Sequence record: NC_048047.1
Direction: 5' to 3' (one strand)
DNA: 64,000 nt
Shown one piece after another: positions 1 through 8,638 of this stretch. The position numbers and the translations under genes were made by a program. Position 1 is the stretch's first letter. Every line of letters begins with the position of its first letter. Below the pieces are notes generated by a model. It saw nothing but the letters and a program-made list of their open reading frames with translations, was not told the DNA's origin and did not search any database.

Positions 1-542
1 GCCTCTTCGGAGGCGCGTTCGACGACGTAGGGCAGGTTCGCGGTCGCCTCGCGCAGCGCCGTTTCCAGCAGCTTTTCAAGGTCGCGTAGGTCGCCCTTCT
101 TGGGCGCGCCGCCGGCCAGGATCGTTCGACATAGGTCGCGCGCATCCTTCGTGGCTTGCAGCGCCGTCGCCGCGTCTTCGGCGATCGCCTTTGACGCCAG
201 ATTGGCCGCGTCTTCCTTTGCGCTCGTCGGGGGTTCAGCCATGCCGACATATCGGCCTTCGCCGACCCAGCGGCGTTGAATGGTGCAGGGAACGCCCATG
301 GTGCCCACGCCGGTGATCAGTTGTGCGAACTGCACTTCCGACAAGGCGACCTTGATGATCTCCTTGTGCCCGAAGAACCGCTGCTCAACGCCACGCGTAT
401 AGCGCTCGGCCTCCACGACCGTGAGGGTCAGGTAGTGTCCCGTGGGCCACTCGCAGCCGACGAGATTACGTTCGCCCGAGGTGCGCAGGATTTGCACCAT
501 CCCATAGGACTCGTGGGCTTCCCTGATTTCATCGTCGGCCAT
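1..542 (-). CDS. Conserved phage hypothetical protein (3' end runs off the window)
   Basis: ATG at 542 after a GGAG RBS; own translation MADDEIREAHESYGMVQILRTSGERNLVG... is open to base 1; downstream of promoter 591-607; absent from the ORF track. Confidence 0.8.
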   Translation of the reverse strand, partial: MADDEIREAHESYGMVQILRTSGERNLVGCEWPTGHYLTLTVVEAERYTRGVEQRFFGHKEIIKVALSEVQFAQLITGVGTMGVPCTIQRRWVGEGRYVGMAEPPTSAKEDAANLASKAIAEDAATALQATKDARDLCRTILAGGAPKKGDLRDLEKLLETALREATANLPYVVERASEE

Positions 543-590
543 GGGGTCTCCTTTTCCGTTCGGGAGAGGTTTAGGACAGCCCTGAAAGGC

Positions 591-607
591 TGTCAACAGT
601 TTTCTTG
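591..607 (-). promoter_or_regulatory. Class I phage promoter (CAAGAAAACTGTTGACA)
   Basis: TTGACA -35, N16, CTAAAC; same element repeated about 19 times. Confidence 0.8.
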
Positions 608-636
608 CGCGTCCGCCGTCCAGGGACCAAGGACGC

Positions 637-1044
637 CTAGTAGTGCTTGGACAGTAGCCCACGCTGGTCCCAGATGTTAGGACGGGGCTGGTTGTAGGGA
701 TTGCGCGGATCGTCCCAGGCCAGGGTGTACTCCAGGCCGATGAGCTTGGCGCAGTCGGCGCCGATCAGGAACCAACCCATGTCCGAGCCGTGCCGGGGCC
801 AGCCGTCGCGCGGTTCGGGATAGGGCTCGACTTGCGCGAAAAGGTCTGTGTCATCCGGGTGGAGCGCGTAGGGTCCTCCGCCGACCGTGTGAACCACCCG
901 GCGCGGCTGACCTTCCTTCATGTCCTTCTGGCAGCGGCAGCAGAAGTGATTGGTCTTCGGATCACGGCGGTAATCCGGCTCCATCCACACTGCCCGGTAC
1001 GGGACGTTGGGCATGAACTCCTGCACGAATGTCGCCTTAGCCAC
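637..1044 (-). CDS. Hypothetical protein (Cys motifs CCRC, DCAK)
   Basis: Co-directional ORF, phage GC3 bias, coupled start; no family recognised. Confidence 0.7.
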   Translation of the reverse strand: MAKATFVQEFMPNVPYRAVWMEPDYRRDPKTNHFCCRCQKDMKEGQPRRVVHTVGGGPYALHPDDTDLFAQVEPYPEPRDGWPRHGSDMGWFLIGADCAKLIGLEYTLAWDDPRNPYNQPRPNIWDQRGLLSKHY

Positions 1045-1342
1045 GCTGGCGGGCCTTCCAGCGCGCGTCGAGGTCTTCCTTGGTCACGAAGATGCGCTCG
1101 GCCTCGGCGCCGCCATAAGGCTGCTCACAGACGAACACCGTGCCGGGCGTCGCCAAGGCGATCTCTGTGCCGTGGTCGCCACCACCCTCCGAGCCGTACT
1201 GGCTCATGTGGTAGGGCGAGACCTCGAAGGCTTCGGCGGCCTTGGCCTTCGAGGTTGTGGCCACGTAGGCTGCGCCCTGGCGCGAATTGCCGGGGATCGC
1301 CGGGTGGTAGAAGGTGAGGCTGTAGACCTTGAGCTTGGCCAT
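1037..1342 (-). CDS. Hypothetical protein
   Basis: Co-directional ORF, GC3 bias, TGATG coupling. Confidence 0.75.
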   Translation of the reverse strand: MAKLKVYSLTFYHPAIPGNSRQGAAYVATTSKAKAAEAFEVSPYHMSQYGSEGGGDHGTEIALATPGTVFVCEQPYGGAEAERIFVTKEDLDARWKARQRG

Positions 1343-1623
1343 CAGTCGATCACCGCGATGAAGTCGCTGCGGCGCCGCTTCCAGATGGCCGGACGTTCCG
1401 AGGCTTCCAGTTCAGCCGCCACCTCGGCGGTCACCGGCAGGTAGCCGATCTTGTCCCAGGTGGTGTACTCATGGGGCGTAGGACCGGTCTGCGAGGCGGC
1501 GTAGTCCTTCAGCCACGCGTCGGCGGTCGCTTCGGTGCGCAGGATCATGAAGCCGTCCGGGCGTTGGCCCCAGCCGCTCTCATGTTCGGTGCCTACGAGA
1601 ATGAAGAGGAAGGAGTGGGTCAT
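1342..1623 (-). CDS. Hypothetical protein
   Basis: ATG 1623 after GGAG RBS (MTHSFLFILVG...), downstream of promoter 1672-1688. Confidence 0.75.
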   Translation of the reverse strand: MTHSFLFILVGTEHESGWGQRPDGFMILRTEATADAWLKDYAASQTGPTPHEYTTWDKIGYLPVTAEVAAELEASERPAIWKRRRSDFIAVID

Positions 1624-1671
1624 CGGTCTTTCTCCTGGTTGTCGCTCCATTTAGGCGACTGCCTGGAGTGG

Positions 1672-1688
1672 TGTCAACTGTTTTCTAG
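1672..1688 (-). promoter_or_regulatory. Class I promoter (CTAGAAAACAGTTGACA)
   Basis: Repeat motif, N16 then CCTAAAT; its TGA is the stop codon of the upstream gene. Confidence 0.8.
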
Positions 1689-2006
1689 CACTCGCCGCTC
1701 GATATAGGCGCGCATCGCCGCCGAGGAGGCATAGCGCCATGTCCAGGGCGCCTTGTCAGGATCAGCGCCGTTGAACTGGCAAAGCCACAGATAGCCGGCC
1801 TCGGTGTGCGGGAACTGCTCGGCGGCGGCCGAAAACCCGGTCAAGCGGAAACAAGCCGCGACCTCGGCGGGTGAGAGGTTTGGCGGACGCACGTGGGTCA
1901 GCTTGACCTTCACCTCCTGCGGGGCAGTCGGGGGTGGCGGCTCGACCTCGTAGCCGGCCTTGCGCAGCAGCTTGATCGCCGCTGCGATTTCGGGTGACGG
2001 CTTCAT
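1674..2006 (-). CDS. Hypothetical protein
   Basis: ATG 2006 (MKPSPEIAAAIK...) overlaps the stop of the Rmf-like ORF (ATGA). Confidence 0.7.
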   Translation of the reverse strand: MKPSPEIAAAIKLLRKAGYEVEPPPPTAPQEVKVKLTHVRPPNLSPAEVAACFRLTGFSAAAEQFPHTEAGYLWLCQFNGADPDKAPWTWRYASSAAMRAYIERRVLENS

Positions 2007-2140
2007 CCCTGTACGCTCTTTTGGAAGTCCCAGCCATCCAACCATGTCCAGCGATCCAGGCTCAGGAGCCCGTACGGGCATGATGAGCGAGGGCGGCCAC
2101 GGGCGTAGGCTAGTTGCCCTTCTTGATAGGGGTCCATCAT
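2003..2140 (-). CDS. Rmf/CrpP-like small protein (45 aa)
   Basis: Own translation MMDPYQEGQLAYARGRPRSSCPYGLLSLDRWTWLDGWDFQKSVQG matches the Rmf pattern Y..G..A...G.....CPY......R..WL.GW; coupled on both sides. Confidence 0.7.
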   Translation of the reverse strand: MMDPYQEGQLAYARGRPRSSCPYGLLSLDRWTWLDGWDFQKSVQG

Positions 2141-2547
2141 TTCCTCGATTTGGCTATGTGCGTTTCCAGGGCTTCGTCATAGCCGGTCAGCTTATAGCCG
2201 GCTTCGGCGTAGGTCCGGGCATAGGACACCGCACAACGGTCGGTGCAGAACAGTTCGTCCTTGTAGCTCTCCCCGTCCCACACCGTGACCTTGTCGATAT
2301 AATCGCCTCCGGTCTCTCGCCGGTAGGTGTCGTGATGTGGGTTGTGCGGGTCGTACCGGCGCCACGAGACCGATACGATGACGCCGTTGATGAGGTCCTG
2401 GACCTCGGCCTTGCTGCGTGGATAGGTAGAGCCGAACCGGCGGCTATCCCCGCTCGCCATCTGGCCGAAGTAGTGGTAGTCGGTCGCCTTGCCGATCGGC
2501 TTGAAACAGCAGCGGCAGAGCGGGGCGATGGTTGCCTTGAACAGCAT
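2137..2547 (-). CDS. Zn-finger-like hypothetical (CRCC ... WDGESY ... FCTDRCA)
   Basis: Cys motifs; same domain as the C-terminus of 17085..17936. Confidence 0.75.
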   Translation of the reverse strand: MLFKATIAPLCRCCFKPIGKATDYHYFGQMASGDSRRFGSTYPRSKAEVQDLINGVIVSVSWRRYDPHNPHHDTYRRETGGDYIDKVTVWDGESYKDELFCTDRCAVSYARTYAEAGYKLTGYDEALETHIAKSRK

Positions 2548-3302
2548 CAGATGTGCGCTTCTTTGACGATTGCGATGGCCTTCATCAGGCTGTCGACCTC
2601 GAAGTTGGTCAGGTCGATAAGCTTGGCCTCGGCCTTGGTGCGGATGCCCTCCAACGCCTCGATCAGATCAGACCTCTCCTTGGTGGCCTGTGCGCGGGAC
2701 TCGCGCCAGCGCGCCTCGCGTTCCTCGTGAGCCTTCTTGGCCTGTGCGGCAGCTTCGCGCGTTTGGGTCAGCGACACCAGCTTGCCGGCCAGGAAAATCT
2801 GGTAGGCCAGATAGAGCGCCATTTCCTTGGAGTGGGCCGTGGTGCCAAAGGATCGACTGACGGTCTTCTCGACTCCAGCGACGGTGTTGACGCTAGAATA
2901 AAGGACCGGCTCTGGCTTTTGGCCTACCAGCACCTCGTCGCCATCGACCGCAAGCATCCTGATCATCCACTTGCCATTGTAGCCCGTGTCGAACAGGATG
3001 TGGGCGAAGGGCTCGCCGTTTACGACGGCGTAGTTGGCGCTTTTCCAGGCCTTGTTCTTGCCCGGCTCCCAGGCTTCGGTCTTCAGGTCAGCGCCGGTTT
3101 CGGCGATCTTCATCTTGCCGGCATGGCGGGCGCACGCCGGACAGGTGGCTTGGAAGGGGTCCTCGGTGGATCGGGTGACCCGCGTCGTGTCACGCTCACC
3201 GCAGTAGAAGACGTACTCGACCCTGGGGGTGTTCGACCCTTCCCAGTTGCCCAGATCGTTCTTCTGCTTGATCAGGTGATAGTGAGTAACTTGGCGGCCC
3301 AC
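2547..3302 (-). CDS. Hypothetical protein
   Basis: 251-aa ORF, GTG after GGAG RBS, downstream of promoter 3351-3367. Confidence 0.75.
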   Translation of the reverse strand: MGRQVTHYHLIKQKNDLGNWEGSNTPRVEYVFYCGERDTTRVTRSTEDPFQATCPACARHAGKMKIAETGADLKTEAWEPGKNKAWKSANYAVVNGEPFAHILFDTGYNGKWMIRMLAVDGDEVLVGQKPEPVLYSSVNTVAGVEKTVSRSFGTTAHSKEMALYLAYQIFLAGKLVSLTQTREAAAQAKKAHEEREARWRESRAQATKERSDLIEALEGIRTKAEAKLIDLTNFEVDSLMKAIAIVKEAHI

Positions 3303-3326
3303 GGCGATCTCCTTCTGTTCAGGGAC

Positions 3327-3812
3327 CTAGGTAGCGATCCGATGATCGGCTGTCAACAGTTTTATCGCAGGATGTAGGTGCCAGCGCCACCAGCGACTGG
3401 CCACCACCTGGGCGGCGGCGATCGTCAGGGACGTTAATTGGAGGGCATAGAGGATGTTGATGATCATCGTGTAGCCGCGATTAGAGGTGTGCGCCTCCAG
3501 GACGGCTTTGAGGAACCAGAAGATCAGGTGGCAGACCATCTGCGCGTAGAGCGATACACAGACCATGCGGCTCCACCATGAGGGCCGGCCCATGTAGATC
3601 AGGCCAATCATGACCGCCTGGATGGCGTCGATCCAGAGGTAGATCACCAGCGAGGATGAGCCGAAATAGAAGTAGACCCGCATCAGGTTGCAGACGATCC
3701 AACTGATGCAGAACATCGTGGCGACCACCTGCATGCCAGGGCGCCACGAAAGCAACGCGACCGTCCCCGTTAGGACGGTCGCGCCGGCAAAGATAAGCCC
3801 CCAGAACCCCAT
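3327..3812 (-). CDS. Multi-pass membrane protein (about 5 TM)
   Basis: Alternating hydrophobic segments; follows the 79-aa ORF after 3 bp. Confidence 0.75.
   Translation of the reverse strand: MGFWGLIFAGATVLTGTVALLSWRPGMQVVATMFCISWIVCNLMRVYFYFGSSSLVIYLWIDAIQAVMIGLIYMGRPSWWSRMVCVSLYAQMVCHLIFWFLKAVLEAHTSNRGYTMIINILYALQLTSLTIAAAQVVASRWWRWHLHPAIKLLTADHRIAT
3351..3367 (-). promoter_or_regulatory. Class I promoter (CGATAAAACTGTTGACA)
   Basis: Repeat motif inside the 3' end of the membrane gene. Confidence 0.75.
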
Positions 3813-3815
3813 GCG

Positions 3816-4055
3816 TTACGGGATCGTCGGTTCGTCTTCGGGCGGCTTGTCATTGCCTCCCGAGCGCAGGACCGCGACGTCCTTGATGCGCGGACCAAAG
3901 ACGCTGGCCGCGTAGTCGAGGAGGACGTTGAGACGTCGGTGGATACGATCCACGGTCGCCTTGATCTCCGGGTGCTCAGCGACCTGTTGGTGCAGGAGCA
4001 CGAAGTCTTCGGCGATGACGCCCACGAAACTAATGGCCTTGTCAATGATGCTCAC
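3816..4055 (-). CDS. Small protein with low-complexity tail RSGGNDKPPEDEPTIP
   Basis: GTG after GGAGG RBS; 79 aa. Confidence 0.7.
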   Translation of the reverse strand: MSIIDKAISFVGVIAEDFVLLHQQVAEHPEIKATVDRIHRRLNVLLDYAASVFGPRIKDVAVLRSGGNDKPPEDEPTIP

Positions 4056-4120
4056 TGGAGCCTCCCTTTACTCAGAACGAGGTTCTGCCTAGCAGCGGTC
4101 CTTCGGAGACGCGAGCGAAA

Positions 4121-4510
4121 TCATTGTGACGCGGCAGCTTTCGCAGCCTTGCGGGCCTTCACCTCCGCCGCCCTGGTCGCCATAAAGGCCTCGCCTTCTT
4201 CACGCGTGCGCCAAGAATCCCGGTGCTCCAGCAGGAAGGCGTAGCCGTCGGCCGACAACCGGTACTGCTTGGAACCACGCCGGTTCTTGAACTGCTTGTT
4301 GTGGAGTTCGGGCATGTTGCCGTGGCCACGCTGGCAGAAATCGACCAGACCGCGCTTGGCGAGTTTGGCCAGCGTCCCGGAATGGTGCGAGCCGTTCGTG
4401 GCGCCGATCCCGTAGGGCGTATGCCACTGGATCGGGTCATCCCGCCACAGCGGCGCCAGTTCGTTGAGCGTGGCGACATCGCGCTCGGTCAGGGGCTTCG
4501 GGCCAGCCAT
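4121..4510 (-). CDS. Winged-helix-like hypothetical protein
   Basis: ATG 4510; TLAKLAKRGLV...YRLSADG resembles a wHTH recognition helix plus wing. Confidence 0.6.
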   Translation of the reverse strand: MAGPKPLTERDVATLNELAPLWRDDPIQWHTPYGIGATNGSHHSGTLAKLAKRGLVDFCQRGHGNMPELHNKQFKNRRGSKQYRLSADGYAFLLEHRDSWRTREEGEAFMATRAAEVKARKAAKAAASQ

Positions 4511-4755
4511 CAGAAGTCCATGTCCAGGATGATGGTATGGGTGAAGCTGCCGTCCGTCAGGGTTTCCTTGACGATCCGCAGGCCCTTGACCTCGCGACCG
4601 CTCTGGTCCTGTACGAAGAACGACAGGCTCTCCTCCTCCTTCTCGGCTTCCTCGCACTGGTGCTGGGCCGTGCCCAGCGCCTCGATCAGGTCGTAGGCGA
4701 AAGACAGGCCTTGGCCATCGTCACCGGAGGTTTCGAAGATCACTTCCTTGGGCAT
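4510..4755 (-). CDS. Hypothetical protein
   Basis: ATG 4755 (MPKEVIFETSG...), acidic, coupled. Confidence 0.7.
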   Translation of the reverse strand: MPKEVIFETSGDDGQGLSFAYDLIEALGTAQHQCEEAEKEEESLSFFVQDQSGREVKGLRIVKETLTDGSFTHTIILDMDF

Positions 4756-4757
4756 GA

Positions 4758-5345
4758 TCACTCCTTTCTGGCCAGGGCGGCGGCCTCGGCTTCGAGTTTG
4801 CGGGCTTTGTCGATCAGGGTGGTGTGACCGGGCGTGTTCACGAGGTTGCGGGCCACGTCGCGCAGTTCCTGTGCCGATCGGCGCAGCGCGGCGATCTCGA
4901 TGTCGACTTCGTTCGACGGGTCCTTCGGAATGAAGACCACCGATGGCCGGCGCGCGTAATCCCGCGATTGCTTGCGCTTCTTGGTGCGGATCGCCTTGCG
5001 CTTTGCCGCGCCATAACCGCCGTGATAGTAGGTATAGACCAGAGTGCTCCTCCCCGGCGTCTCGCTTGGGATCAGCATGCTCTCGCGCTTGAGTGGGAAA
5101 GCCGGGGCCTCGATTCGAGTCCAACGGTCATCGAACGGCACCGCCGGTTCGAAAGTCTTCGGGCCGCCCTCGTCGGGACTGGACCGGCCGACCTTCACGC
5201 CGTCGGGATCGTAGTAGACGACGTCCATCAGGACCTCATCGCCGCACTCGTACGATTGGCGGATGCGCCCCACCACGATGCGGCCGTCATGGTTCTCGGC
5301 CACCCAGTCGCCCTGGACGACGGGAAGGATGCGTTCGTCGCTCAC
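4758..5345 (-). CDS. Hypothetical protein
   Basis: 195-aa ORF; GTG overlaps the upstream stop. Confidence 0.75.
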   Translation of the reverse strand: MSDERILPVVQGDWVAENHDGRIVVGRIRQSYECGDEVLMDVVYYDPDGVKVGRSSPDEGGPKTFEPAVPFDDRWTRIEAPAFPLKRESMLIPSETPGRSTLVYTYYHGGYGAAKRKAIRTKKRKQSRDYARRPSVVFIPKDPSNEVDIEIAALRRSAQELRDVARNLVNTPGHTTLIDKARKLEAEAAALARKE

Positions 5346-5509
5346 AGGTCGAAGACTTCCATGGCCAGGAGGGCGGCCCAGGGGGCAAGCGCAAATGCAC
5401 CTGCCATCGCCAACGACGCTGATCCGCTGATCAGGCCGCTCAGCATCAGCCCCGCGCTAATGGCGGTAATGATGCTGTAGCCGGCAATATTGCGCTTGCG
5501 GCGAGACAT
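5342..5509 (-). CDS. Small membrane peptide (55 aa)
   Basis: Own translation MSRRKRNIAGYSIITAISAGLMLSGL...; GGAGG RBS; not in the ORF track. Confidence 0.65.
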   Translation of the reverse strand: MSRRKRNIAGYSIITAISAGLMLSGLISGSASLAMAGAFALAPWAALLAMEVFDL

Positions 5510-5563
5510 GGGGCCTCCGGGTTGCTAGAAGTTGCGGGTACTTCTATGGCGAGAAGTGCCGTG

Positions 5564-5583
5564 AGTCAACTCATTTCTTGTAG
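5564..5583 (-). promoter_or_regulatory. Class I promoter variant (CTACAAGAAATGAGTTGACT)
   Basis: TTGACT -35 with A-rich upstream element. Confidence 0.65.
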
Positions 5584-5732
5584 AAATGCGAAGCTGCCCA
5601 AATAAGGGCGCCAACGCCTGCTAGGCCCCAAATCAGGGTCGACCCATGCAGGACGATGCGCGCATGAGAGACATAGTAGACAAGGCCGGCGCCTACGATG
5701 ACGGCGATCGCGACGCCGAATTTGCTGTTCAT
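5571..5732 (-). CDS. Small two-TM membrane peptide (53 aa)
   Basis: ATG 5732 after AGGA (MNSKFGVAIAVIVGAGL...). Confidence 0.6.
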   Translation of the reverse strand: MNSKFGVAIAVIVGAGLVYYVSHARIVLHGSTLIWGLAGVGALIWAASHFYKK

Positions 5733-5812
5733 GTCGATCCTCTGAAACTGATGCGGTGGATGGCCGTTGAGGCGGTTGTATCGTCGGTGGAGCTTCCACC
5801 GGAAAATCTTCT

Positions 5813-5838
5813 GTGACGTCGATCGTGACACTTGTCAA
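5813..5838 (-). promoter_or_regulatory. Class II promoter: TTGACA, 2 bp, 18-bp box
   Basis: Box reads GTGACG-TCGATC-GTGACA on the plus strand (5813-5830). Confidence 0.7.
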
Positions 5839-5874
5839 CCACGGCGTCGTGTGTCTAGTTAGAGGGACGAGTAC

Positions 5875-6339
5875 ATGAGGAAGGTGATGGGGCGCTATAC
5901 CAGCTTGTTCGAGGAGGCCGCCCAGGTCGTGGACGCAACGTCTCAGTACCCAGGGCAGACCATCCCCGGACTATGGGAGACCTCAGACACGGCTTCCTGG
6001 TCAATCCTGATGGGCGTGATCATGAGCAACGCCCTGGCGGCCACCTGTCGCCGGCGGGACGATTGCGTCTTCGAACATGCACTGGAGCGCTTGATCCAGA
6101 TCACGGCCGGCGTGGAAGTCGAACTAAAGGGCGACCCAGCGCAGATCGCGTCGCGCAGGCTGCGGCTCGCGGCCAAGATCAACGCCGATCGCGTGGAGAA
6201 CGCTGTCGAGCGCCTAAGTCGACTGGCGGCCGAAGCTGCGGGCTATCTCGAAGGCGAGAATGATCCTCGTCTCAAGCAACTGGTCATCGAAATACGCGCC
6301 GCCATCGGCGACGCCAAGGAAGCAGGAAAGATCGAGTGA
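5875..6339 (+). CDS. Hypothetical protein
   Basis: First gene of the plus-strand block; helical. Confidence 0.7.
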   Translation: MRKVMGRYTSLFEEAAQVVDATSQYPGQTIPGLWETSDTASWSILMGVIMSNALAATCRRRDDCVFEHALERLIQITAGVEVELKGDPAQIASRRLRLAAKINADRVENAVERLSRLAAEAAGYLEGENDPRLKQLVIEIRAAIGDAKEAGKIE

Positions 6340-6890
6340 CGACGCCGACCAAACCCAAGATCAAAGGCTCCAAGCGACTGGCCCGCCGCGCGGCGGCCCG
6401 CGCGCTCTATGGCGCCAAGCCTCCCGCTGGCGGCTACAAAGTCAAGCCGTTGCCTCGGTTCTTCACCAAGCCCGCACTGCCCTCGGACAGGGTGACGCGC
6501 ATCGAGACGCTGACCGGCATCCTGGAGAAGGCGGCGAAGGTTCAGCAAGGCCAACCGCCCTTCTATCAGAATCTGTATTGGACCGACCGCTCGGGTGCGA
6601 CCCAACGGCTGGTCGAGATGCCGATGATGCACCTGAAGTCGGCGATCCATCTTGTCCGGGTCAATCGCATCGACGCCATGAAGGCGGCGGCCAAGATCAA
6701 GGGGCAGGCCGAACGCAGCGCGCTCAACGCCCGTGCGGCCCTGGCCTGCGCTTGGCTGGTCTGCATGGAGGCCGAAGCCGAGCGGCGCGATCCTACCTAC
6801 GCCAGCCTGCGTAAGCTGCAAGGACACACCAAGGCCACGCCGTCTCCGGTCGAGATCGCGGCCTTGCCCGGCACCTTCATCGGGCAGTAG
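6336..6890 (+). CDS. Hypothetical basic protein
   Basis: GTGA coupling, GC3 bias. Confidence 0.7.
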   Translation: MTTPTKPKIKGSKRLARRAAARALYGAKPPAGGYKVKPLPRFFTKPALPSDRVTRIETLTGILEKAAKVQQGQPPFYQNLYWTDRSGATQRLVEMPMMHLKSAIHLVRVNRIDAMKAAAKIKGQAERSALNARAALACAWLVCMEAEAERRDPTYASLRKLQGHTKATPSPVEIAALPGTFIGQ

Positions 6891-6894
6891 CGGC

Positions 6895-7962
6895 ATGGGT
6901 TACTACGCCACGCGCTATCGTCTCCCCGACGGCACGATCCAGATCACTCAGTGCTACGCCGAGTCCGAGGAACACCTGGGTGAGGTGATGGCGGCGCGTG
7001 GCATGGGTGAGGCCCACCACCCGACGGGCTACGTCATCGCCAAGCCGAAGATGCCGTCTGAGTGGCTGGAAAAGCGCGACTACGCCAAGGCCATCCATGC
7101 CTTGACCTGGGCGGCGATGATCGCCGTCAAGGCGGGCGTGGACGCCTGGACCCTGCTCCACGACAAGGGTCTGATGCACGAGTTGGCGCACCTCAACGAA
7201 TACAACACCGAGGTCACCGCCTATCGACCGATGGATGCATGGTTGAACGCCTTCGGTCACCAAAGTGGGCAAGGCGCTGAGCCGCTCGATCTCAGAGCGC
7301 GCCGGCTGAAGCTGGTGGCCAGCCTCAAGGCGTTCGAGGCCACAGTACCGGGCTTGGCGCCGCCGCCGCCCAAGATCACGACCGTCGACTACAATGAACT
7401 CGAAAAGCGCGTCCTGGCGCAGGCCTACGATCTCCTGATCGAAGATTCCACCATTGAGTTCAAGACCGCGCCCAAGAAGGGCGAGAAGATCGTGGTGTCC
7501 TACGACTACGCCGCTGAAGAAGCCTTCCGATTGCCCGTCCGCATGCGCGTTGGGTCACGCGACTTCGATAAGCAGCGCCTGGAGCAATCCAGGACCGCCA
7601 AGGCCCAGAAGACCCAACAACTCCTGGCGAAGATGAAGGCGACCTCGGAAAAGTTGAAGGCCGCTCAGGCGCCGCCCTCGGAGGTAAGGGAGTCTGCGTT
7701 CAGTTCGATCTTGCGCGAGTATGCCGATAAAGTCCTGGGCAGCCCCCTGAGCAAGGACGCTGTCATCCCCAACGTCTTTTTGCCGGGAAGGACTTTCCGA
7801 GCCTCGAAGGTCGAGCCGGAAATGCAGAATTACGATCCCCAGGAACAGAAGTTCAAATACGAATACATCTTCGAGGTAAATCGCAAGAACCTAGATCAGC
7901 AAATCCTCGAAACTCTGACGCGCAAGGAAGACTTGGCGTTCAAGCTCGGAAGTCCCCTGTGA
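6895..7962 (+). CDS. HExxH family protein 1 (with long C-terminal extension)
   Basis: ATG 6895; LLHDKGLMHELAH; paralogous to 9719 and 36804. Confidence 0.75.
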   Translation: MGYYATRYRLPDGTIQITQCYAESEEHLGEVMAARGMGEAHHPTGYVIAKPKMPSEWLEKRDYAKAIHALTWAAMIAVKAGVDAWTLLHDKGLMHELAHLNEYNTEVTAYRPMDAWLNAFGHQSGQGAEPLDLRARRLKLVASLKAFEATVPGLAPPPPKITTVDYNELEKRVLAQAYDLLIEDSTIEFKTAPKKGEKIVVSYDYAAEEAFRLPVRMRVGSRDFDKQRLEQSRTAKAQKTQQLLAKMKATSEKLKAAQAPPSEVRESAFSSILREYADKVLGSPLSKDAVIPNVFLPGRTFRASKVEPEMQNYDPQEQKFKYEYIFEVNRKNLDQQILETLTRKEDLAFKLGSPL

Positions 7963-8462
7963 TGATTACGCCAGCCCGTCTGCCCGAACTGGACGACCGC
8001 TGCGCCTGCTACGGCCAGTGGCTCGATGAAGACATGTGGGTCACCGGAACGATCGTTGCCATCAGCGGCAGCGGCGCCACCGTCAAGACTGACCAGGGCA
8101 AGGAACTGAAGGTTCCGCACCGCCGGTTGACCTGGAAGAAGGCGCGCTCGGAATGGGCAGTCTGGTCGCCGCAGGTCGATCAGGAGGTCGAGAAGATTCG
8201 CACCCAGCGCGGCGGGGACGGTCGCTCGAAGTACAATCGTAAGCTGGTACCGGGCGAATACGTCCGTTGCCAGATGGGCACCAAGTTCGTCGGTGGTTTT
8301 GTCTGCCGGGTTCTTCTCGAAGGCTACATGATCACCATCCCCAAGGAAAAGTCCTTGGTACCCGACGCCGGCGTCGGTAACTTTGTGATCTCGGCCGACA
8401 TGCTTTCCTACGACCCCGACCGCCTGTGCTGGCAAGCCCGCTACACGCGGGTCAAACCGTGA
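7959..8462 (+). CDS. Hypothetical protein (beta-rich)
   Basis: GTGA coupling, GC3 bias. Confidence 0.7.
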   Translation: MMITPARLPELDDRCACYGQWLDEDMWVTGTIVAISGSGATVKTDQGKELKVPHRRLTWKKARSEWAVWSPQVDQEVEKIRTQRGGDGRSKYNRKLVPGEYVRCQMGTKFVGGFVCRVLLEGYMITIPKEKSLVPDAGVGNFVISADMLSYDPDRLCWQARYTRVKP

Positions 8463-8638
8463 CGAAGGATGATGCGATCAAGGTCGCCGAGGCCGTGAAC
8501 GCCATCGGGGATGTGGGCTTCTATCGAACCGAGACCCTGGCGCGTCTGCGCCGGTCTTTTCCCGAGGTCGCCGACGTCCTCGTCATCGACTATCCATCCA
8601 GCCGCCAGGAAAGGGAGGCTCGCTGTGCATCTGCCTGA
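8459..8638 (+). CDS. Small hypothetical protein
   Basis: GTG 8459 overlaps the upstream stop. Confidence 0.6.
   Translation: MTKDDAIKVAEAVNAIGDVGFYRTETLARLRRSFPEVADVLVIDYPSSRQEREARCASA

Noticed and set aside
3816-4055. 79-aa ORF as a lasso-peptide precursor (core SGGNDKPPE)
   Set aside because: No Thr at -2 and no lasso cyclase or peptidase genes nearby.
6733-6894. Upstream extension of the 409-aa ORF (and similar extensions at 24599, 38864, 40345, 42555)
   Set aside because: The extensions overlap genuine upstream genes and read as out-of-frame sequence; internal starts with RBS or coupling were chosen.
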